Shown here piece by piece: positions 14,320 to 27,011 of a DNA stretch of 64,000 nucleotides (position 1 is its first letter; the number at the start of each line of letters is the position of its first letter). The position numbers were made by a program, and so were the translations under genes. The notes below the pieces were generated by a model, which worked only from the letters and a program-made list of their open reading frames with translations, was not told the origin of the DNA and made no database searches. The stretch lies in NCBI RefSeq assembly GCF_009914755.1, contig NC_060934.1. One strand, written 5' to 3'. The DNA is from the human T2T-CHM13v2.0 reference genome, Homo sapiens.

Positions 14320-14765
14320 CTACAGGCCAATATCATTAACGAACCTAGATGCAAATACCCTCGACAAAATACTAATGAACAACAGCATATTAAAAAATTA
14401 ATACACTATGATCAAGTGAGTTTTATTCCATGGATGCAAGGATGGTCCAACATATGCAAATCAATGAATACGATTCACCACATAAACATAATTAAAAACC
14501 AAACTATGTAATCATCTCAATAGATGCAGAAAAAACATCTGATAAAATTCAGCATTGCTTCACAAAAAAACAAAACTCAAAAAACTATGCATAGAAGGAA
14601 TCTACCTCAAAATAATAAAAGCCATATATGACAAACGTATAGGCAATGTCATATTAAAAGGGAAAAAGTTGAAAACATTCCCCTAAGAACTGGAGCAAGA
14701 TAAGGATGGCCACTTTCACCATTCCTATTCATCAAAGTACTGGGAGTCTTTGTTACAGCAATCAG

Positions 14766-14767
<2 letters not shown>

Positions 14768-14805
<38 letters not shown>
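14768..14805. repeat. Poly-A tract (38 nt) expanded within L1 ORF2
   Basis: replaces the A-rich caagagaaagaaataaaa motif of ORF2; L1 sequence is continuous on both sides. Confidence 0.9.
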
Positions 14806-14807
<2 letters not shown>

Positions 14808-15849
14808 AAAAACATCCAAACTGGAAAAGAGGAAGTCAAAATATCTCTGTTTGCTGATGACATAACCTTGTACCTAGAAAGCCCCAAAGACTCCTCCAAA
14901 AGTCTCATAGACTTGATAAATGATTTCAGCAAAATTTAAAGGCACAAAATCAACCTAGAAAAATCAGTAGCATTTCTATACTCCAATAACGATCAAGCTG
15001 AGAACCAAATCTAGACCTTAATCCCATTTCCAAAAGAAACCAAACCTAGAAATACATTTAATTATAGAGTTGAATGATTTCTACAAGGGAAAATACAAAA
15101 CACTGTAGATGACACAAACAAATAGAATAGCATTCCATGTTCATAGATGGGAAGAATCAACACTATTAAAATTACCTTATTGGCCAAAACAATCTACAGA
15201 TTCGATGCAATTCCCAGCCAGTCACTAATGCCATTGTACACAGAGTTTGAGAAAACAATCCTAAGTTTGTATTGAACTATAAAAATGCCCAAATAGCTTT
15301 GCACTGCCATGGAGTATTACTCAGCCATTAAAAAAAGGAATAAAATCATGTGTTTTTCAACAACATGTATGGAACTGGAGACAATTATCCTGAGTGAAAT
15401 AACTCAGAAACAGAAAGTTGAATATTGTGTGTTCTTACTTATAAGTGGAAGCCAAAGAATATGTACACATGGACATACAGAGTGGAATATTAGACACTGG
15501 AGATTCCAAAATATGGGAGAGTGAGAGTGAGGTAAGAGAGGAAAAATTACCCATTGAGTACAATCTACACTGTTCCTGCCATGAGTACGCTAAAAGCCAA
15601 GACTTCACCACTATGGAGTAAATCTATGTAACTAAACTGCACTTGAATCCCCTAAATCTATAAAAATAAAAATATATATTACAAGATTAACATATGAATT
15701 GAATTATGATATACCAATGATACTAAGGCAGAATAATACTGAGAAATGAAATAAAATTACAATTCAAAAAATCTATGCAAATAGTTTTTATATTCTTTAG
15801 GATAGTTGTAACATTACGAATATTTACAGAGGAGGGACTTCTTTGCATA

Positions 15850-16200
15850 TTTTTATCCATTATATAGAGGAAGAAATTGAGAGTCAAAGGTATCTCACCA
15901 AGGTAGGCGTTGAGTAACTTGGGACATAATTTTAGTTTTCTTTAGTATTTTCTGGTTGTTTCTTCCATTCAGTTGGACAAAATTTTCAACCAGTAGCTAG
16001 AAAATGGAATTAAAATATTATTTTCTTTTAAACACTACATCTATTTTAGCTATTTGACCATAATTATACTCGTAGCATGTACTTCCCAATTTCTTCATCT
16101 TAAAATGGGAATACAAAACTAACTCAGATAGTTGTAAAGATTGAAGGAGATAATATACATATACATTTATTGGAGAGTTTATCATGCAGTTAAAATTTAT
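15850..16200. mobile_element. Degenerate MIR fragments
   Basis: tatccattatatagaggaagaaattgagagtc and ttcttcatcttaaaatgggaata...gttgtaaagattgaagga resemble the MIR core in opposite orientations. Confidence 0.4.
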
Positions 16201-16505
16201 GAAAGGTAATAATAGTAGTAATGGTATTTTTATTTCAATTCTCATTCAATGACAAGCCTGCTTGTATTTCTTGTGCTTAATGTTTATGGTTTTAATTTAT
16301 ATTTTAAGAAAGTCTTAGGCAACTATATTAATAGACTTATAGAATGGTATTCGTTCTAATGCAGAAATATTTTATTTGATTCTAGTTTTGCTTTGGTTTC
16401 CTGTTGTAGATATATCTTGTTAAATTTTAGACACATTGGGAAACTAGTGTAAAAATGTGGTTGTCAGCAAAAAATAAGATGAAGTTTTTTTTGAAGGATG
16501 GGAAG

Positions 16506-16612
16506 TGTTCATAGATGGGAAGAATCAACACTATTAAAATTGCCTTATTGCCCAAAACAATCTATAGATTCGATGCAATTCCCAGCGAGTCACTAATGCC
16601 ATTGTACACAGA
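16506..16612 (+). repeat. Dispersed 107-bp copy of L1 ORF2 segment 15138-15244
   Basis: 103/107 identical by direct comparison. Confidence 0.93.
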
Positions 16613-17076
16613 ATACATTAGGAGAGAATATGAAACATTGAAAAAATACAGGATTATTGATAATGGGAAGATTAAGATCAATACGGAGATTAAGAATGCA
16701 TGCTAGGAATGAAGTTTCCTGACTTGAAACCAAGTAAGTTTTTCTTCTGAAGCTCTGAGGTTGGGAACTTTGTCTACTCTGGGGTAATTGTCCTGGGTGG
16801 CCACAGGTGGATGGTTTTCCATGGTGAGCATCACAGTTCCTAGATGTAGATGGGTAGATCTGCTCGATGTGATTTTTCAAGCCTTGATGACCTTAAATTA
16901 CACAACACGCTGTCTCGGATGTAATCAGGCAACGTGCCCAATCGCTGACTTGCATTGTCAGGTGACACTTTCTTAATGTTTTTGACAAGTTTGTGTTTTT
17001 CAGGAATTTGAAGATGACCCAAAGATATTTCTTCTTGCAGTTTATGGCTCTAAGAAATATATAAGTCATGTGCTAA

Positions 17077-17790
17077 TGTGTCCATAATTGGTTCCTTCTG
17101 GTGGGTTCTTGGTCTCGCTGACTTCAAGAATGAAGCCATGGACCCTCACGGTGAGTGTTGCAGTTCTTAAAGGTGGCACGTCCGGTGTTGTTTGTTCCTC
17201 CCAGTGGGTTTGTGGTCTCACTGGCTTCAGGAATGAAGCTGCAGACCCTCGCGGTGACTGTTACCGCTCATAAAGGTAGTGTGGACCCAAAGAGTGAGCA
17301 GCAGCAAGATTTATTGTGAAGAGCAAAAGAACAAAGCTTCCACACAGTAGAAGGTTACTGGAGCAGATTGCTGCTGCTGGCCCGGGTGGCCAGCTTTTAT
17401 TCCCTTATTTGGCCCCACCTACGTCCTGCTGATTGGTCCATTTTACAGAGTGCTGATTGGTCCATTTTACAGAATGCTGATTGGTCCGTTTTTACAGAGT
17501 GCTGATTGGTGCATTTACAAATCTTTAGCTAGACACAGAGCACTGATTGTTGCGTTTTTTACAGAGTGCTGATTGGTGTGTTTACAAACCTTTAGCTAGA
17601 CACAGAGCACTGATTGGTGAGTTTTTACAAAGTGCTGATTGGTGTGTTTACAAACCTTTAGCTAGACACAGAGTGCTGATTGGTGTGTTTTTACAGGGTA
17701 TGGATTGGTGCATTTACAAACCTTTAGCTAGACAGAAAAGTTCTCCAAGTCCCCACCCAACCCAGGAAGTCCAGCTGGCTTCACCTCTCA
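17077..17790 (-). mobile_element. Solo LTR12-family (ERV9) LTR
   Basis: TG...CA ends; 4-bp TSD ctaa (17073-76 / 17791-94); tandem gtgctgattgg (CCAAT) units 17425-17710; characteristic ggacccaaagagtgagcagcagcaagatttattg. Confidence 0.92.
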
Positions 17791-17867
17791 CTAAGATTAT
17801 GTGCAATCTATTGAATAGACTGAATTTCATGGGAGTGGGCAAGCAGAGTGTTTTTTCTTCTTATAAA

Positions 17868-18283
17868 TGTCTACGTTAGGCCATTTTACATCACTATAAA
17901 GGAATATCTGAGGCTGGGTAATTTATAAAGAAAATAGGTTTATTTACATTCACATTTGTGCAGGCTGCACAAAAAGCATGGTTCCAGCATCTGCTGCTGG
18001 TGAGGGCTTAGGAAGCTTCCTATCAGGGCAGAAGGCAAAGGAGGAGCAGGCATGTTTCATGGTGAGAGAGGAAAGAAGAGAGAGAGATTATGGGGAGGTC
18101 CCATGCTCCCTTAAACAAGCAAATCTTGTGCAAACTCCAGTGAGAACTCACTTATTATTGCAAGGAGGGCACCAAGCCATTCATGAAGGATCCTCCCCCA
18201 TGACCTAAACTCTTCTAGGCCCCACCTTTGATATTGGGGGTTACATTTCAAGATTTGCAGGAGACACAGATCCAAACCATGTC
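17868..18283 (-). mobile_element. Solo MST (MSTB-like) ERVL-MaLR LTR
   Basis: gaggctgggtaatttataaagaaaa...ctggtgagggcttaggaagctt...tccaaaccatgtc. Confidence 0.85.
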
Positions 18284-18319
18284 GCTGTTTTTAAACCTTT
18301 AACATTGTGCAATTATCTT

Positions 18320-18360
<41 letters not shown>

Positions 18361-18369
18361 GACACACAG
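18320..18369. repeat. (CT)n(CA)n compound microsatellite
   Basis: seen directly. Confidence 0.95.
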
Positions 18370-18424
18370 ATGAGTTTATTTCTAACACCTTTTTTCTAAT
18401 TCATCACTGATTACGTTTCATTTG

Positions 18425-19015
18425 TCAATACCATCTGGCCAAAGACCACTAAGAACACACTTGCAGTTAAGCAAGTTGGATTTCAAATCTGTTACACCCA
18501 GGTATACTCTAGGAAACTGTAGGGTATCTTATTAAGATGGTGTTAGAAAGACTTAGCATAGAGTTTCAGCTTCTCTTAGGTGATTTTGGGGAGATTTAAA
18601 GAAAAGGGGCTTTGCTTTTGCTTGCGTATTGTCAGAAAGTAGAGTACTTGTATGATTGGGTTGGGAATCTAAATAAATATCTATGAAGAGGGCTGACTAG
18701 AGAAAAAATATAGTTATAAATGGTAAAAAAAAATTGGAGTCACTTATTTTAGTCAGAAGAGAAGTATGCTTGGTATTTTGTAACTTGGACAATGATCATG
18801 TTTGTCTATGTTCAGACGTAATTATGGAAGAGTCTTATTTTTATTTCGGTTATTCTTTATCAGAGAATGACTTTGTCTGATATTCATGTTCTGTGACATT
18901 ATTTATGTTCAACAGAAGAACGCCACGTCCTGGCTGTGAATATCATTCTGGCTCACAGTGACACCAAAGCCTGGGTGATAGTGTCAGAGCAGGTTCTGAA
19001 TGTCAAGGGCTGCTT
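18425..19015. mobile_element. Probable old ERV LTR, subfamily unresolved
   Basis: recalled LTR-like motifs (ggtgttagaaagact, aggtgattttggggag, gttctgtgacattatttatgttcaacagaagaac); ends uncertain. Confidence 0.4.
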
Positions 19016-21957
19016 ATCTTATATGATGCCTTACATTGGTTTATGCATTTTTCCCTCTAAGATAATATACCTCTTGGATTAAAGGATTATGTATTATCAT
19101 ACCCCAGGAACTCTCTATAGCACCAGGCATGTAATAGGGTCACAATGAATATTAGTGGAATTAATGTCTTAATTAACAAAATGTGACTAGTTTTCTAAAA
19201 ATAAACATTTGAAAGGAATACTCTTATTTACTCAGTGTTCATCTATTCCATCATCATTAACTGGTATATAGATATAACCAGTGAACAGTGCACTCCTTAT
19301 CAGAAAAATATAAGTACAGACCCTAAAATATATTTTTCTTAAAAGAAGTATCATGGTTTAAAATGAATTGCATCACAAAGGATATAAAATTAGTTACAGT
19401 TTGTGATTACAGCTTTTAGGCAGCAGCTTTGTAAAGGAAATTTAAATTATTATCTCTATTTGATCATTGACATCTTTGTCAATTTTTGATTTCACAGTGC
19501 AATTATAACATTTTCTCTTAGAAAAGTCTTGTAATGAGCCTAGGTTTGTTCACCTTGGATTCCCAGATACTACTTACGAAAATAAGAGTATGGCATCTCA
19601 TATCTGGGGTCATGTTCCTGAGCACAAACTGGTGACACTGTGATGATACATTGCAATAGTAAATAATTAAACTTACTTCTCTCCTCTCCCTAGTGCTCCA
19701 CTGACAGATGAGACTGCGTAGTATATTATCACAGCACCATTGTACTAGTGATGCATTGGAACAGAGTGCCACCAGAGAGTCTTTCCCCTAAGTGAAATAT
19801 GGATCTGTCACAGGGTTTTAGACATCTAAGTATGCATTTTCAAATCCACTCCATGGGCTTGAGAAATAAAATCAAAGTTTTTTTATTTTTTTAATCATAA
19901 TATATCAAATATTGCAATGCAAGTGTGTGATAGCTGGGAGCTCAATCAATTCAAACTCATAAATAATGTATTTTCCTTGTATTGTATATATGTGAAAAGG
20001 TTAACTTATCTTCTGTGAAAAAAGCTTAAGGTATAAAGGGCAGATACACTAAACAACTGTCCACAAGACTGAGTGTTATTATGGACTTCAGGATGTATAG
20101 AGGCCATTTATATGAGCTTTAAGGAAAATGTTCTCTGAGCTGCCTTGCAAGAAAAAACTGATACAGTGAAAATATATATTTTTTTACTTTTAAATAAGCT
20201 TTGAGACCTTTTCTTCCAAAGTGTAAAGGCTACAGTTTCAACCCCACATATTTATTTAAGTGGTTCCAACTGAACAGAATAAATGAGGGCATGAAGATTC
20301 ACTTGGCAAGCTGAAAAATAAAAGAGAAATGAAAAGGCTATGAAATCCATTCCAGCTACTTTATGGCAACTTACGTGTATCCTTTTCAGAAAAGCTAGAT
20401 TAGTCTGACCCAAAATAACCATCCAATGTATCAACTGAGCCAAAGAACCATCAAGCTATGTGAGCATATGGGGAAGTGTACTAGGACTACCTGCCCAGAG
20501 TGACTTAATAAAACCTGTATGTGGCAAAGGAGACACAAATAGGGCTTGAAATCCATTCCATACTCTGCTCACCAAGCCAGTGGTTTTAATGCGGAGGGGT
20601 TAACTCAGAGGATGGGGGATTTGGAGAAGGTGACATTTATGAATGGTCTGCCCATAGGAACATATTTTTTATAACTAGCACAGAAAGGCCATATGTGCTA
20701 ACAGAGTACCTCAAAAGGAGGAAAAATGGTCAGGCTTTTCTAAGAAGTTACAGGAAATCGAGCCTAGCCTTCATTTGGCCAGATGCTATAAGGAATAGTA
20801 ACCCTATCAGGACTCAGATTCCTTTAGCAACTGTAAACAAATTGACTGGGTATAGGAAACGACCCCTTTCAATACCCTTCATCCCTGGCTTTTTGCAAAA
20901 TCTGGCTCATTTTCTTGACTTTCAACACTTGAGTTTTATTCTGTACATTCTCTGTTGAGCTGGTTAAAGTTTTCAGTATGCAGACCCATATTTCTTCCTG
21001 AATTATTGTTTCCTGCATTGATGAAACCATGGATAATATTCACAATCTATAAAAATTGTATAGCATTGTCCTGTTAGAATGATACAGACCTTACAACTGA
21101 AGCTGAGTCCTAGAGTCTCCCAGGTTTGGCCAGAAATTAGTCTTTATTATCTGGATACTGGACATTTTGTGTTTCTTGGGGGAAATGAAGCACTTTGGGT
21201 AGCAAGGAGGCAACTCAAGAATCATGAATTTATTCATTTATCAGCCAGTGTGGGTATATTCAATACTTTAGCAATTGGTGCAGTTGTTTCAAATGTGTGG
21301 GATCAATGTAAGTCATGGGTGGAACTGACCTTGTGCTTCTACCGAAGGCCCTCTTCCCATTTATATTTTATAACCAAATCTTGTTGTCATTTTATTAACT
21401 GCCATTTGTGCTTCCCTGTCAGGTTAGGCCTTGCATCTTTAATCAGTAAATCCCCAGTACTTCATTATTAGAAATCACAATTTTCTTTTCTGATTTAGTG
21501 TAGTTTAATTTGAAATTTCTTACTTTGCCACTGAAGTAAACTAGTGTATCTAAGTATGTCTTCAGTACATTATTGCTTCATCTATGCATATATATCTTAT
21601 CATTTATATCTTTAATCTCTGTATATTCATTGATTTCTTCTTTTATACTCACAAAAAGAATCAAGCTTTCCCATCCTAAAGTGGCATTTCTTCTAGCCTG
21701 TCTCTCTTGATCAAAAAGTTCTTTTAAACACCAAAGTTTTTGAAAGTAGAATCCTTACTTCTTTGCTTATATGATTTCACTCACAAATCCACTATAATCT
21801 GAATTTCAATATACCAGATTATAAATAGGTCTCTGCTAAAACAATTATTGATCTACAAAGAACCATTTCAATGGTTTATTTTCTTCCCTTAAAAATTCGA
21901 TGCTTTCTGTATCAAAATACACTTAGCAATTATTAAACAATTACACTAAGCAATTAT

Positions 21958-24417
21958 TAAAAGCTTATCCACCACAATCAAGTCAGTTTCATCCCTGGGT
22001 TGCAAGGCTGGCTCAACATAGGAAAATCAATAAATGTAATCCATCACATAAACAAAACCAATGACAAGAAACAAATGATTATCTCAATAGATGCAGAAAA
22101 TGTCTTTGATAAAATTCAACATCCCTTCACTTTAAAAACTCTCAGTAAACTAGATATTAATGGAACATATCTCAAAATAATAAGAGCTATTTATGACAAG
22201 CTAGAGCCAATATCATGCTGAATGGGCAGAATCTGGAAGCATTCCCTTTGAAAACCAGCACAAGACAATGATGTCCTCTCTCACCACTCCTATTCAACAT
22301 TGTATTAGAAGTTCTGGCCAGGGCAGTCAGGCAAGAGAAAGAAATAAAGCATATTCAAATAGGAAGAGAGGATGTCAAAGTGTCCTTGTCTGCAAATGAC
22401 ATGATTCTATATTTAGAAAACCCCATTATCTCAGCCCAAAAACTCCTTCAGCTGATAAGCAACTTCAGCAAAGTTTCAGGATACAAAATCAATGTGCAAA
22501 AATCACGAGTGTTACTATACATCAACAATAGATAAGGAGAGAGCCAAATCACGAATGAACTCCCATTCACAGTTGTTACAAAGAGAATAAAACACCTGGG
22601 AATACAACTTACAAGCGATGTGAAGGACCTCTTCAAGGGGAACTACAAACAACTGCTCACGGAAATAAGATAGGACACAAACAAATGCAAAAAAAAAAAT
22701 TCCATGCTCATGGATAGGAAGAATTAATATCATGAAAATGGCCATACTGCCCAAAGCAATTTATAGATTCAATGTTATTCCCATCAAGCTACCATTGACA
22801 TTCTTCTCAGAATTAGAAAAAACTACTTGAAATTTCCTATGGAACCAAAAAAAGAGGCCATATAGTTAAGACAATCCTAAGCAAAAAGAACAAGAAACCT
22901 AAGCAAAAAGGCACTACTCTACCTGACTTTAAACAATACTACAAGTCTACAGTAACCAAAACAGCATGGTACTGGTACCAAAACAGATATATAGATGAAT
23001 GGAACAGAACCGAGTCCTCAGAAATAACACCACATATTTACAGCCATCTGATCTTCAACAAACCTGACGAAAACAAGCAATGGGGAAAGGATTCCCTATT
23101 TAATAAATGGTACTGGGAAAACTGGCTAGCCCTATGCAGAAAACTGAAACTGGACCCCTTCCTTACACCTTACATAAAAATTAACTCAAGATGGATTAAA
23201 GACTTAAATGTAAATCCCCAAACCATAAAAACCCTAGAAGAAAACCTAGGCAATACCATTTAGGATACAGGCATGGTCAAAGATTTCATGACAAAAACAC
23301 CAAAAGCAATTGCAACAAAAGCCAGAATTGACAAATGGGATCTAATTAAACTAAAGAGCTTCTGCACAGCAAAGGGAACTAGCATCAGAGTGAACAGGCA
23401 ACCTACAGAATGAGAGAAAATTTTTACAATCTACTCAGCTGACAAAGGTCTAGTATCCAGAATCTACAGGAACTCAGACAAATTTACAAGAAAAAAAAAA
23501 CAGAAAACCCCATCAAAAAGTGGGCGAAGGATATGAACAGACACTTCTCAAAAGAAGACATTCATATGGCCAACAAACATTTGAAAAAAAGCTCATCATT
23601 ACTGATCATTATAGAAATGCAAATCAAAACTGCAATGAGATATCATCTCATGTCAGTCAGAATGGCGATTATTAAAATGTCAGGAAACAATAGATGCTGG
23701 TGAGGCTGTGGAGAAGCAGGAATGCTTTTACACTGTTGGTGGGAGTGTAACTTAGCTCAACCATTGTGGAAGACAGTGTGGCGATTCCTCATGGATCTAG
23801 AATGAGAAATACCATTAGACCTAGCAATCCCATTACTGGGTACATACCCAAAGATTATAAATCATTCTACTATAAAGACATATGCACATGTAGGTTTATT
23901 GCAGCACTATTTACATTAGCAAAGACTTGGAACCCACCCAAATGTCCATCAATGATAGACTTGATAAAGAAAATGTGGCACATATACATCATGGATTATT
24001 ATGCAGCCTTAAAAAAGAATGAGATCATGGCTTTGCAAAGACATGGATGAAGCTGGAAACCATCATTCTCAGCAAACAAAGGAACCAAAAACCAAACCCC
24101 ACATGTTCTCACTCATAAGTAGGAGTTGAACAATGAGAACACATGGACCCAGGGAGAGGAATAGCACACACCAGGGCCTGTCCTGGGTTGGGGGACAAAG
24201 AGCAGGACAGCGTTAGGACAAAGAGCAGGACAGCGTTAGGACAAATAGCAAATGCATGCAGTGCTTAAAACCTAGATGATTGATTGGCAGTTGCAGTAAA
24301 CCACCATGGCACATGCATACTTATGTAACAAACCTGCACATTTTGCACATGTATCCTGGAACTTAAAGTAAAATTTAAAAACAAACAAATAAAAAAACAA
24401 GTTAATAAAAAAAAAAA
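21958..24417 (+). mobile_element. 3' half of an L1PA7/8-like element (RT, C-terminus, 3'UTR, poly-A)
   Basis: ORF 22000-22221 [32 protein letters not shown] is L1 RT. The 3'UTR reads ttaggacaaatagcaaatgcatgc...aaacctgcacattttgcacatgtatcctggaacttaaag. The A-tail ends in aaagatacctgaaa. Confidence 0.95.
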
Positions 24418-25986
24418 GATACCTGAAAATGTGGAAGCAACTTTGGACCTGGATAACAGACAGAAGTTGGAAGAGTTTGGAGGGCTCAGAAGAAGACAGG
24501 AAGAGAAGCAAAGTTTGGAATTTCTTTTGAGACTTGTTAAGTTTTTGTCACCAAAATGCTGATAGTGATGTGGACGGTGAAGGCCAGGTTGATGAGGTCT
24601 CAGAGAGAAACAAAGAATTTATTGGAACTGAAGCAAAGGTCATTCTTGTTATGACTTAACAACAAATTTGGCTTCATTTTGTTAATGTCCTAGGGATCTG
24701 TGGAAGTCTAAACTTAAGACTGATGACTTATAGTACCAGGTGGAAGAAATTTCTAAGCAGAAATACATTCAAGAAGTTGCATGGCTGTTTCCAACAGACT
24801 GTGATCAAATATAGGAGTAAAGGAATGACTTAAAGTTGGACTTTATAATTAAAAGGGAAGCAGAGTGTAAAAATTTAGAAATTTAACAATGTGGCCATGT
24901 GGTAAAGAGGGATAAAACATTTTCAGGAGAGAAATATAAGTGGGTTGCAGAGAAGCCACTTGCCAGATAGGGAGCCAAGATAATGGGGAAAAAGCTGTAG
25001 AAGACATTTCAGAAATCTACAAGGTAGCCCCTCCAATCACAGGCCCAGAGGCCTAGGAGTAAACAACGGTTTCAAGGGCCAGACACAGGGTCCCACTGCC
25101 CTGCACAGCCTTGGCACACTGCTTCCTGTATCCCTGCTGCTCCAGCTTCAGTCATGGTTCAAAGTCCTAAGTGCAGCTCAGACTGCTACTCCAGAGAGCA
25201 CACACTGTTAGACTTGACAACTTACATGTGATGTTTACTCTGCAGGCACACAGAATGCATGAGTGGAGGAGGTTTGACAGTTTCTACCTAGATTGCAGAG
25301 GATGTATGGGAAAGCCTCAGTGCCCATGTGAAGCTTGCTGCTGTGGTGAAGCACCACAGAGATACTCTAACAGGGCAATGCTGAGGGAAATGTGAGACTG
25401 TAGTCCCTACCAGGGTACTGCCTAGTGGAGCTGTTGGAAGGAGGGCAATGCCCTCCAGACTCCAGAACAGTATAGTCACCAGCAGTTTGCACTCTCAGTG
25501 GGAAAAAAACTGTAGGCACTTAACTCCAACCCATAAGAGCAGCCATGTGGGCTGCGCCCTGTAAAGCCACAAGGGCAGAACTGCCCAAGGGCTTGAGAGC
25601 CTACCCCTTGCACCAGTGTGCCCTGGATGTGAGACATGGGGTCAAGGATTATTTTAGAGCTTTAAGGTTCAATGTCTGCCCTGATGGGTTTCAGGCTTGC
25701 CTGGAGGCTGTTTTCCTTTCTTTTGGTGGATTCCTCCCTTTAGGAATGGGTATGTTTATCCAATGCCTATTCCATCATTGTATCTTGGAAGTAAATCACC
25801 TGTTCTTGATTTTACAGGTTCATAATTGGAAGGAGCTTGCCTTGCCTTGAGTCTCTGAAGAGACTTTGGACACTGACTTTTGAGTGATGCTGCAATGAGT
25901 TATGACTTTTGGGGACTATTGGGAAGGGGTGATTGTATTTTGCAGTATGAGGAGAACATGAAATGTTAGAGGTGCCAAGGGTAGAG
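24418..25986 (+). mobile_element. MST internal region (ERVL-MaLR int)
   Basis: gatacctgaaaatgtggaagcaactttgg...tttggagggctcagaagaagacagg and caccagtgtgccctggatgtgagacatggggtcaagga are hallmark THE1/MST-int sequence. Confidence 0.9.
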
Positions 25987-26382
25987 TGATATAGTTTGTA
26001 TGTTTTGTCCACTCCAAATCTCATGTTGAAAGGTGATCCCCAATGTTGGAGGTGGGGCCTAATAGGATATATTTGGGTCATGGGTGGATCTCCCATGAAT
26101 TGCTTTTTGCTGTCCTTGCAGTTATGAGTGAGTTTTCACTCTGTGAGTTCATTTAAGATTTGGATGTTTAAAAGAATCTTGCACTTCCTCCTTTGCTCTC
26201 TTGTTCCCTTTCTTGCCATATGACACACTGGCTCCCCCTCACCTTCTGCTGTGAGTGAAAGCTAGATGCCAGCATTCTGCTTGATGTACAGCCTGCAGAA
26301 CCATGAGCCAAATAAATCTCTTTTCTTTATTAATTACCCAGTCTCAAGTATGTATTTAGGTCAATGAAAACAGACTAACACA
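25987..26382 (+). mobile_element. MSTB-like 3' LTR
   Basis: tgatatagtttg...ccaaatctcatgttgaaa...gcctgcagaaccatgagccaaataaa...cagactaacaca. Confidence 0.9.
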
Positions 26383-26865
26383 GTGCCCCACTCTGCAAAA
26401 AACTAGATTAGGTGATGAAACAATAGGATAAAAAGTAGTTTTATGAGTCTCAAGAAATGGAGGTAGAGACAAAACAATATAAAACACTTATAAGTTAGCA
26501 ATTATTTTTAAGAGGATATAAAAATAAAAATATCTTTAAGGTGATCACATTTGAACAAGAATTAAAAAAATATTTAGGGAGGAAATTGATATGATGCAAT
26601 TTACTGTATAAATGATGTGTAATCAGTTAAAGGTAACAAACTCTGGAGTGGAAAGTCTTTGCACATTTAAAAATACACTATACAATGTCAGCAGGAGCTG
26701 TGGGTATATGTTAAGCCAAAGGATTTATGAAGAGAAGTCATGTTTTGAAAAATAAGGATAATACATGGATGGAGAGAAGGTTATTCTGAGTAGATAGAAG
26801 TTACCTAGAACCAATTTTGGAAGGTAGAAGTAGAACAGTTGCTTTGAAGGGTGATTAAACTTTAG

Positions 26866-27011
<146 letters not shown>

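Larger units (their letters stand above)
10306..15668 (+). mobile_element. Originally full-length L1PB-type LINE-1 with two internal deletions, non-coding
   Basis: caagatgg 5' motif at 10316; ORF1 remnant ~12200-12795; ORF2 remnant ~12810-15298 ([14 protein letters not shown] motif in ORF 14706-14939); L1PB-type 3'UTR (aaaagccaagacttcaccactatg...cctaaatctataaaaataaaa). Candidate TSD aaaatagttattacagga (10288-10305) / aaaatatatattacaaga (15669-15686), 15/18, at a TTTT|AAAA site. Confidence 0.88.

Noticed and set aside
14768-14805. Poly-A as a solitary retrotransposed tail
   Set aside because: No TSD, and it sits on a naturally A-rich L1 motif; expansion is the simpler explanation.
16700-17060. 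Possible exon (donor-like caagtaagt near 16731, acceptor-like ttttcag near 17003)
   Set aside because: Such motifs are frequent by chance; no coherent reading frame or partner exons.
17425-17735. Regularly spaced repeats resembling a CRISPR array or a repeat protein (ORF 17547-17879)
   Set aside because: Normal tandem CCAAT units of the LTR12 U3; the intervening sequence is itself repeated, and the context is eukaryotic.
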